Translations under genes and position numbers: made by a program
Shown: piece after piece, positions 35,155 to 44,740 of the stretch
How positions within the stretch are numbered: the stretch's first letter is position 1
Layout: the number at the start of each line of letters is the position of its first letter
Source of the DNA: Armatimonadota bacterium
GTDB lineage: Bacteria > Armatimonadota > SYMT01
Direction of reading: 5' to 3'
Length of the DNA stretch: 64,000 nt
Assembly: GCA_041690135.1 (NCBI GenBank)
Contig: JAWLHY010000002.1
Span: forward strand, 1,008,342 to 1,072,341
The notes under the pieces: model-generated
Database searches by the model: none
The model's input: only the letters and a program-made list of their open reading frames with translations
Told to the model about the DNA's origin: nothing

Positions 35155-38100
35155 GTCGCACCCGGCCACCGAGCCGGGTGAGGATTGAAACCAGCGGAGC
35201 GACGATCGGCTTACCCGACACCGCAGCACGTCGCACCCGGCCACCGAGCCGGGTGAGGATTGAAACCGATCTCAAACACGGTCGCCCCGAGCTTGTTGGC
35301 GTCGCACCCGGCCACCGAGCCGGGTGAGGATTGAAACACCCGTGAGATCACGGAAGCGCTCGGGGCCGCTTTCGTCGCACCCGGCCACCGAGCCGGGTGA
35401 GGATTGAAACCCGCTACGGCCTGGACCGGACCACCGCCGACGAGCGTCGCACCCGGCCACCGAGCCGGGTGAGGATTGAAACACGACGGCGATTGCGGGG
35501 GCGGGGGTTTCGCCGTCCTGTCGCACCCGGCCACCGAGCCGGGTGAGGATTGAAACAGCGCGTCGCTGGCCAGGTACTCCGGCAGCTCCGCGGTCGCACC
35601 CGGCCACCGAGCCGGGTGAGGATTGAAACTTCCGCTCCCAGTGCTTCTCCAGCGAACTGCGCTCCGGTCGCACCCGGCCACCGAGCCGGGTGAGGATTGA
35701 AACACGAACACCCCCCGCGTGCGGCTGTAGCCCAGCCGCTCCGTGTCGCACCCGGCCACCGAGCCGGGTGAGGATTGAAACTCGCGAGGAGGTGGAGATG
35801 GGGCAGGCGGCCGGCAAGCGTCGCACCCGGCCACCGAGCCGGGTGAGGATTGAAACACGTACAAGTAGCGAGCCGCCAAACTACCCTTTGGGTCGCACCC
35901 GGCCACCGAGCCGGGTGAGGATTGAAACCGCCGGTAGCGGTAGATCCGGATCGTATCCACCCCGCGTCGCACCCGGCCACCGAGCCGGGTGAGGATTGAA
36001 ACCTGAAGGCGGCGATCACGCCGGTAGAGGTACCGTGCTCCGTCGCACCCGGCCACCGAGCCGGGTGAGGATTGAAACGTGCCCTGCTTCACGTAACTGG
36101 TTTCATCCGCCTTTGGTCGCACCCGGCCACCGAGCCGGGTGAGGATTGAAACACAGCGTCGTTATCCTCTCTTCCGGAGTCAGGCAGTGTCGCACCCGGC
36201 CACCGAGCCGGGTGAGGATTGAAACCGCCGGTAGCGGTAGATCCGGATCGTATCCACCCCGCGTCGCACCCGGCCACCGAGCCGGGTGAGGATTGAAACC
36301 TGAAGGCGGCGATCACGCCGGTAGAGGTACCGTGCTCCGTCGCACCCGGCCACCGAGCCGGGTGAGGATTGAAACGTGCCCTGCTTCACGTAACTGGTTT
36401 CATCCGCCTTTGGTCGCACCCGGCCACCGAGCCGGGTGAGGATTGAAACACAGCGTCGTTATCCTCTCTTCCGGAGTCAGGCAGTGTCGCACCCGGCCAC
36501 CGAGCCGGGTGAGGATTGAAACGACTCGAGCCCCGTCCGCGCGGTACGAGAGGTCCGGGTCGCACCCGGCCACCGAGCCGGGTGAGGATTGAAACCGGAG
36601 TGTCGCTGTCGTTGGCCATATCCGGCCCGTAGAGTCGCACCCGGCCACCGAGCCGGGTGAGGATTGAAACGGCGGAGCGCGGGGTGCGTCCTGCGAGGAG
36701 AGAGATGGGTCGCACCCGGCCACCGAGCCGGGTGAGGATTGAAACCCGTACCGGCCGGCGGTCAGGCGTGCCGGGTCCGAGTCGCACCCGGCCACCGAGC
36801 CGGGTGAGGATTGAAACCATCTCGCGCGCGCCGGCAAACAACCCCAGCAGGATCGCGTCGCACCCGGCCACCGAGCCGGGTGAGGATTGAAACCGCCGCT
36901 GTCGCTCCCGCCAGGCCCGCAGGTATTCGTCGCACCCGGCCACCGAGCCGGGTGAGGATTGAAACCTCCTGCGCCCGGGCTGATTTCCACTGCGCCCAAG
37001 CGTCGCACCCGGCCACCGAGCCGGGTGAGGATTGAAACAGCTTGTCCGGGCGGGCGCCGATGGCGGCGATGGTGTGTCGCACCCGGCCACCGAGCCGGGT
37101 GAGGATTGAAACGCATACTCGATTTGCCGGCTATCCGTCCCGTTGTGCGGTCGCACCCGGCCACCGAGCCGGGTGAGGATTGAAACACCTGCCCGTGCCG
37201 GGCGCGTACCGCTGCCCCGAAGCGCGTCGCACCCGGCCACCGAGCCGGGTGAGGATTGAAACATCACCTCTGCGGGCGTGCCGTCGGCTCGGCGCGACGG
37301 TCGCACCCGGCCACCGAGCCGGGTGAGGATTGAAACGCGAGCACGTTGGAGAGCGTATGAGCCTCATCTTCCGTCGCACCCGGCCACCGAGCCGGGTGAG
37401 GATTGAAACTTGTAGTAGCCGTGATTGAGATCTTCGAGAATCGCCTGCGTCGCACCCGGCCACCGAGCCGGGTGAGGATTGAAACATCGCCCCCATTGCT
37501 TCCCGTTGCTGCCCGAACTGCTGTCGCACCCGGCCACCGAGCCGGGTGAGGATTGAAACCTCACTCATCCCTGCTCCCCCAATCGTCGCACGGCCGCCGC
37601 GTCGCACCCGGCCACCGAGCCGGGTGAGGATTGAAACCAGTGTAATCATTACCCTGCCGCACATAGCAAATACACGAATGTCGCACCCGGCCACCGAGCC
37701 GGGTGAGGATTGAAACACGCCGACCGGGGCAGGCACCTACACCGCCACGCTCTCGTCGCACCCGGCCACCGAGCCGGGTGAGGATTGAAACACGTCCTGC
37801 CCGTCGAACTGAAACGCGAAATCACTGACGTCGCACCCGGCCACCGAGCCGGGTGAGGATTGAAACTGGTGAATCAGGTCGATGCGGCGATCATTGCGGC
37901 GCGTCGCACCCGGCCACCGAGCCGGGTGAGGATTGAAACACCAACGTGGCGTGTGATGAGGCGCGCGAGCGCATTTGCGTCGCACCCGGCCACCGAGCCG
38001 GGTGAGGATTGAAACTTCGTCCTGGTAGCACAACCCGTCTTCGTCTAAACGTCGCACCCGGCCACCGAGCCGGGTGAGGATTGAAACAGGGCAAGACGTC

Positions 38101-41100
38101 CGGGCGCTCCGTGGCAGCCCTTGCGGTCGCACCCGGCCACCGAGCCGGGTGAGGATTGAAACGGGTCGTGGGCGCGGGCCGTGAAGATCCGGACTTGTCG
38201 CACCCGGCCACCGAGCCGGGTGAGGATTGAAACCGGGCCTGGAAAACCTTCGAGGCCCGGCCGGCCGGGGTGTCGCACCCGGCCACCGAGCCGGGTGAGG
38301 ATTGAAACCCCACGGCTGGCCCGTGGGGTTGCTGGGGCCAGCCCTGTCGCACCCGGCCACCGAGCCGGGTGAGGATTGAAACACCACCCTGGGGGGCCAC
38401 TCCAGCCGGTCCGATCCGTAGTCGCACCCGGCCACCGAGCCGGGTGAGGATTGAAACCAGCAGGCCAAGAGCGGCGAGGCGGTGCCGGCAGACGTGTCGC
38501 ACCCGGCCACCGAGCCGGGTGAGGATTGAAACAGCAGCACGTCGTACTGATCCGTGGGCTGAGTGTCGCCGGTCGCACCCGGCCACCGAGCCGGGTGAGG
38601 ATTGAAACTTCCGTCAGGTGCTCCCCCGGCGGTATCGCGTAATCCGTCGCACCCGGCCACCGAGCCGGGTGAGGATTGAAACCGCATCTCTTGCGCTGCC
38701 CGGCGAAGGTCCGGTTTGTCGCACCCGGCCACCGAGCCGGGTGAGGATTGAAACTCACAGCGGGCCGTCGCCGGCGCCATGGGGCAGCTCGACGTCGCAC
38801 CCGGCCACCGAGCCGGGTGAGGATTGAAACATTTCTTCCTCCACCAGGGGAAGACGAGCGGGAACGCGTCGCACCCGGCCACCGAGCCGGGTGAGGATTG
38901 AAACATCCTGGAAGAGATGCAGGAGCGCGGCTGGGAGCCGTCGCACCCGGCCACCGAGCCGGGTGAGGATTGAAACCCGACCTGGGGCCCCATCCACTCC
39001 TGCCGTTGCGGCGTCGCACCCGGCCACTGAGTCGGGTGAGGATTGAAACACGATAGTTCCGGTGAGTTCAACCGGTATGTGATAGGGTCGCACCCGACCA
39101 CTGAGTCGGGTGAGGATTGAAACGCGTGGGCGCCCGGCCGCAGTTCTAGGAGAGAATCGCCGGTCGCACCCGGTCCGGTGACCGGGTGAGGATTGAAACG
39201 GGCGGTGCTACGGTTGCGACAACGAAGCCTGGGACGTCGCACCCGGTCCGGTGACCGGGTGAGGATTGAAACTTCCGGAGCGGGGTCCAGCGCGATCCCG
39301 CTCCCTGACGTCGCACCCGGTCCGGTGACCGGGTGAGGATTGAAACCGGACTTCCACGTGCGCAACCACAACGGCCAGGACGTCGCACCCGGTCCGGTGA
39401 CCGGGTGAGGATTGAAACGCCATCACCTGCAGGTGCGGCCGGTGGGCCACGATCTGTCGCACCCGGTCCGGTGACCGGGTGAGGATTGAAACTCTATCAG
39501 GACTGTGAATCCCGCAGCGCTCCGGATTAGTCGCACCCGGTCCAGTGACCGGGTGAGGATTGAAACATCTTCGGTTGGCAAGGCTACAGCCTGCTTGACA
39601 GAGCGTCGCACCCGGTCCAGTGACCGGGTGAGGATTGAAACAGCGCGGATGACCTGCGGCGGATTTCCGAGACGGGTCGCACCCGGTCCAGTGACCGGGT
39701 GAGGATTGAAACGACTACGCAGTTCTGGTATGCGGCGACGCTGGAGTCGCACCCGGTCCAGTGACCGGGTGAGGATTGAAACCATCATCACAGCGGGGTG
39801 TTTGGGAATCAGTTTTACCTCGTCGCACCCGGTCCAGTGACCGGGTGAGGATTGAAACTTGTCCTGCGAACCGCTGCTGGGGCCGGTGGACTTAGTCGCA
39901 CCCGGTCCAGTGACCGGGTGAGGATTGAAACATGGACCACTACGTGCCGAACCTGCTGGTGTGGCGGCGCGTGTCGCACCCGGTCCAGTGACCGGGTGAG
40001 GATTGAAACAACCCGTGCGACGTGGTGGACAAGCCGAAGGTCCCGCGCGTCGCACCCGGTCCGGTGACCGGGTGAGGATTGAAACATCCCGGCCATTCCC
40101 TCCGCGAATTGGCTGGACAGGGTCGCACCCGGTCCAGTGACCGGGTGAGGATTGAAACAACCGGGCGGCACGCATCCAAAAACATCGGGTGGGGGTCGCA
40201 CCCGGTCCGGTGACCGGGTGAGGATTGAAACACGGTCTGGGCGGATGGAGCGCAGATCGGTAGCGCGACGTCGCACCCGGTCCGGTGACCGGGTGAGGAT
40301 TGAAACAGGGTCTCCAGGTCTCTCACGCCGCACCGCCTTTCGCTGTCGCACCCGGTCCGGTGACCGGGTGAGGATTGAAACGTCCGCGCGGAGTTCGGGG
40401 GACTGTGGGGGGGAGTCGCACCCGGGCCCGTGACCGGGTGAGGATTGTAACACCGTGAACGCCACGTCCGGGTTTGCCGGCAGGGGTCGCACCCGGTCCG
40501 GTGACCGGGTGAGGATTGAAACGATACGGTCCTGAAGATGGGCCAGAAGCGGGCCTACGTCGCACCCGACCTCACGGTCGGGTGAGGATTGAAACCGGTT
40601 GGCGCTCCGGAAGATTTCATTCGGGTAGAACTGTCGCACCCGACCTCATGGTCGGGTGAGGATTGAAACTCGAAGCTGGCAGCCGCCTGCCGGCGCTTCG
40701 CGGGTCGCACCCGGTCACCGGACCGGGTGAGGATTGAAACACCTACGAAAGCTCGAAGACGGTGCTGCGCCTTGGCAAGAGTCGCACCCGGTCACCAGAC
40801 CGGGTGAGGATTGAAACACCGGCTCGCCACACCAGCCGCAGGTGCGTGTGATGGTCGCACCCGGTCACCAGACCGGGTGAGGATTGAAACTGGCAACCCG
40901 TGCACTGCTGGGGGATGGTCGGGTTGGTCGCACCCGGTCACCAGACCGGGTGAGGATTGAAACCTTAGTAAGAAGGGGGTTTGGGATGAACCAGGCACAG
41001 GCTGGTCGCACCCGGTCACCAGACCGGGTGAGGATTGAAACTCGCTGTCGCGGGAGAAGAACCTCGTCTTGGCCTGGCTCACGTCGCACCCGGTCACCAG

Positions 41101-41634
41101 ACCGGGTGAGGATTGAAACTGCACGGCTAGGGAGTGCTGGGAAGGGCTGGGGATCAAGTCGCACCCGGTCACCAGACCGGGTGAGGATTGAAACGCCTCC
41201 GCCTGGGCGTCGAACCCGAGCTTCGTGAGGAGTCGAACCCGGCCACCGAGCCGGGTGAGGATTGCAACGGGGCCTGGTTGTCCACCAGAGCCTCGAGCAC
41301 GCGTCGCACCCGGCCACCGAGCCGGGTGAGGATTGAAACAGCGTGGCCGGCCCAACAACTACGGCGCCTCCCTGCGCGTCGCACCCGACCTCACGGTCGG
41401 GTGAGGATTGAAACTACACCTGGGACGAAGAGTTGGACAGCGAAGAGGCGTCGCACCCGGCCTCACGGTCGGGTGAGGATTGAAACAGCCTCCGGTGGTC
41501 CAGCGAGGACCCCCTCCCGCGGATGTCGCACCCGACCCCACGGTCGGGTGCGGATTGAAACTGGCTGCGGATCCAGCAGGGGTATTGCTTGGAGCGCGTC
41601 GCACCCGGTCTGGTGACCGGGTGAGGATCAAGGC
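35155..41634 (+). CRISPR. CRISPR array, about 88 repeats of 37 nt (major form GTCGCACCCGGCCACCGAGCCGGGTGAGGATTGAAAC), spacers about 33-42 nt
   Basis: Manual count; palindromic repeat ending ATTGAAAC; degenerate terminal repeat ending GGATCAAGGC; block-wise repeat variants from 39013 onward. Confidence 0.99.
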
Positions 41635-41699
41635 AGCGGTGGAGGCGCACGAACCACTACGGACGTGGCGGTGCAGACCCAAACCAACACGCCCGCTCT

Positions 41700-42280
41700 G
41701 TGCGAGAGACTTCCCCCCTTCTCTGCGTCGGAGAAGTTTACGCCCCGTGGGGGTGGGCCAGGTACCCACGAAGTGGGTGGCGGGGGATGAGGTCCTCCCG
41801 TGCAGCGGACCCAGGCGTCGTAGCTCCACTCACGCGATCTCCGGCCAGGTGGAGAGCGGAAGCCGTCAGCAGGTACAGCGAACTGGGAGCATTTGCCCAC
41901 GGTAATGTCACCCGCCACCCGCGCGCGGGTACCCCTCCCGAAAGCCTTCGGGACCCGGTCCGACACAGAGAGGTTTACGCCCCGAGGGGGTGGGCTAGCG
42001 GTTCAAACCCAGGGTGGCGGCAGAGTCAACCGGACAACTCCGAGGCGCTGCGCGAGCTTCTGAACCTCTCGATCCCGGCTCAAATCGAAGCCCTCCAGAG
42101 AGTTCTCGTTGGGTCCTCCGGGAGATTTCTTCGGGGATGCCTTCCTAACCATGCCTGCCCACCTGAACGCCTGAAAGCCCGAACGTTTACCCCCCACGGG
42201 GGGGCCCAATGCCTGAATGCCTGAATGCCTGAATGCCTGAACATTTACGCCCCACAGGGGTGCCCGAACGCCCGAATTCT
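41700..42280. repeat. Cluster of REP-like element, TTTACGCCCC..GGGG mini-hairpins and GCCTGAAT octamer repeats
   Basis: Mini-hairpins near 41737, 41973, 42187, 42244; (GCCTGAAT)x4 near 42211-42241. Confidence 0.75.
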
Positions 42281-42383
42281 CAACAATCTCTCAACGCAAA
42301 ACTACCAAACTTAAGGGTTGGATTCTCCGCGGGTCCGGACTATTTACCTGGTGCACAGTTCCAGTCGAAAACGGAGGACACCC

Positions 42384-43640
42384 ATGCACGTCCACACCCT
42401 CAATGGCCGGTCTCACGCTAACGGCGCCGTCGCCCTGCTCGAAAAGCCAGGTCCGCTCCCCGCGCCCCCTCCCGGCCTCCCCCAAGCCAATCGCGATCGT
42501 GATCGTGATCTCCCCGAGCCGTCTCTTCCTTCCCTCGTGCTAACTCTCGCACCCTTCTCTGCGGAACAGCTCCGCTCGCCCCACGGCCCCAAAGGCAATC
42601 CCTGTTCTCATCAGCCGTCGACCGCCCCCGCCTCCGATTTTCCTGATCCTCATCCTGATCGGCCGCAGCCTGTTCTTACTCTTACTCCTACTCCTACTCC
42701 TACTCCTACTCCTACTCCTACTCCTACTCCTACTCCTACTCCTACTCCCCAGACCCCCAAACTCTCCTCCCTGAACTCCCTCTCCCACGGCGTCCTCGCC
42801 CGCACCCCCGTGCTGCCCGGCGTGGAAAGCGAAACCGAGTGGCAGGCGTTCCGCGCCGGCATCCTCGCGGATTTCGCGCCGGTAGGGACCGCCCAGGAAG
42901 AGATCGCCGACGAAATCGCCGGGCTCATGTGGCGCAAGCGGCGCGTCACCCGGATGGAGACCGCCTGCTTCCACCAGGCCATCACCATGGCCCGGCAGGC
43001 CGGAGATCCCCATCCCGAGCTCGCCACGCCCACCGAGGCCGAGCTGCAAAAGGTCGCCCGCTACGAGGCCCACCTCACCCGTAACCTCCAGCGCTGCCTC
43101 AAGCTGCTCAAGGATCTCCGCACCCTGCCGCCCGACCCCAGCCACACTCGTGAACGTGACTGTAATCGGGATCGGTCACCTGATCCTTCGTATCAGTGCG
43201 AAACCCACAATTGCGAAACAAACTCCCGATTCTCATCCGACCCGCATAGTCTTAATCGTAATCCTCATCCTAATCGGCCGCAGGCCCCACCTTCAACTTT
43301 CAACCTGACCGACTGGACCGACACCCTCATCCGCGATGCCGAAGCCGTCATCGCCCGCAGCCAGGCCGCCCGCGCCTCCGCCGCCGCAAATCACGCGTCA
43401 ACGGGTTCCACTTCCAATCCGCCCGCTCCGACCAATCCGTCCGATCAAACCGAACCCCACAATTGCGAAACGAACTCCCCTCCCGTCTCCGCGCCTCCTA
43501 CTCCTGCTCCTACTCCTACTCCTACTCTTACTCCTGATCCGCCATTGGCCTCCGATCCGTCGGAACTCCACAATTGCGAAACGAACTTCTCCTCCGCCTC
43601 CGAAAAGGAAACCACGGAAACACCCTCAGCTTTGACCTGA
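42384..43640 (+). CDS. Hypothetical protein of an uncharacterised family (N..HG / P...E..lae.ia...WR..R..R.E / RYE..L.R motifs, NCETN repeats) with PT tracts
   Basis: GGAGG RBS; core SLNSLSHGVLA..WRKRRVTRME..ARYEAHLTRNLQRCL; three HNCETN motifs; (CCTACT)n tracts. Confidence 0.65.
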   Translation: MHVHTLNGRSHANGAVALLEKPGPLPAPPPGLPQANRDRDRDLPEPSLPSLVLTLAPFSAEQLRSPHGPKGNPCSHQPSTAPASDFPDPHPDRPQPVLTLTPTPTPTPTPTPTPTPTPTPTPQTPKLSSLNSLSHGVLARTPVLPGVESETEWQAFRAGILADFAPVGTAQEEIADEIAGLMWRKRRVTRMETACFHQAITMARQAGDPHPELATPTEAELQKVARYEAHLTRNLQRCLKLLKDLRTLPPDPSHTRERDCNRDRSPDPSYQCETHNCETNSRFSSDPHSLNRNPHPNRPQAPPSTFNLTDWTDTLIRDAEAVIARSQAARASAAANHASTGSTSNPPAPTNPSDQTEPHNCETNSPPVSAPPTPAPTPTPTLTPDPPLASDPSELHNCETNFSSASEKETTETPSALT

Positions 43641-43710
43641 ATGGACCAGCGCGAAGGTCAGATTCTTCCCCCAGCCGGGCACCGGGTACCCCGAAGGGGT
43701 GTGGGTGGCG

Positions 43711-44142
43711 GGGACAGGGGGGCGAAAGCGCGGAAGCCGGCACTTCATCCCGCCAACCGGAACTGGACCTTGGCATGAGCCATCCTAATCCTACTCATTG
43801 TCATTATCCTAATCCGCGAAGCCCTGGGACAGGGGGCCGAAACTGCGGAAGCACGCACTTCATCCTGCCAAACGGAACCAGGCCTTGGCCGAGACCCTCA
43901 TAATCCTAATCTTTATCTTGATCCTAATCCGCCAAGCCGGGGGGACAGGGGGCCGCAAAGGCGGAAGTATGCACCTCCTCCGGCCCGAAAAGCGAGGTCT
44001 TGGCCTCAATCTTCCTTATCCTTATCTTTATCCGCGAAGCCAGGGGGGCCGAAGACGCGGAAGTACGCACTTCGCCCCGCCAAACGAGCCGTGCCTTGGC
44101 GTGAGCCATCCTAATCCTAATCCTCATCTTCATCCGCGAAGC
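43711..44142. repeat. Four degenerate tandem units of about 100-115 bp containing ATCCTA/ATCCTC hexamer tracts
   Basis: Units start CAGGGGG(C)CG..GCGGAAG..CAC near 43711, 43826, 43942, 44041; related single copy near 25231-25335. Confidence 0.8.
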
Positions 44143-44455
44143 CCGAATTGCCCTGACCCCTCCCCCCGAATCCAACCGACTATCAGATTCAGCCGTGTTT
44201 GCCCCTCCTCCACTGCCCTGGTAGGCTATGATCAGGGGCCGAGGATAGGGGGTTAGGGGCCGGGGGTAGGGTGCTTGTCCCGCGGGCATACCACCGTACG
44301 GGTTGCCCTGCCCGCGCCGGGTACCCACGAAGCATTTCGGCTGCAGTCCAACTGCAGCCGATCCTGGAGAATTTACCAACAACATCCTGAATGCCCGAAA
44401 GCCCGAATGCCGGAAAGCCTGAACGCCCGCACCCAAAGCATGTCCCTCAAGCAAC

Positions 44456-44737
44456 ACACGCAATACGCATCACGCAGCAGCCCGAGGTAGTCCCATTGCC
44501 ATCGCACCTACCTCGCGCGAAAGTATTACGCATTACGCAATACGCATCACGCACGCGTCCGAGGTAGTAGCCCAAGCCTCCCACATACCCAACGCACGAA
44601 AGTCTTCGCATCACGCATCACGCACTACGCACTACGTAATACGCATCACGCCCCCACGTCCGAGGCGCAATCCCTGCTCCCGCAGCCGCCTCGCACGGTA
44701 GCCTCACGTTTCACGCAATACGCATCACGCATCACTC
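44456..44737. repeat. Heptamer (ACGCAAT/ACGCATC) repeat cluster with CCGAGG units, directly upstream of ftsK
   Basis: 44655-44697 matches 34491-34533 at 39 of 43 nt. Confidence 0.8.
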
Positions 44738-44740
44738 CGT

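Noticed and set aside
35094-41905. Many ORFs with FQSSPGSVAGCD / VSILTRLGGRVR / FNPHPARWPGAT repeats
   Set aside because: Translations of the CRISPR repeats, not proteins
42384-43640. ORF behind the array as a novel Cas or ancillary effector
   Set aside because: No nuclease, CARF or RAMP motif, and separated from the cas operon by the array and 750 nt of repeats; treated as a repeat-associated unknown instead
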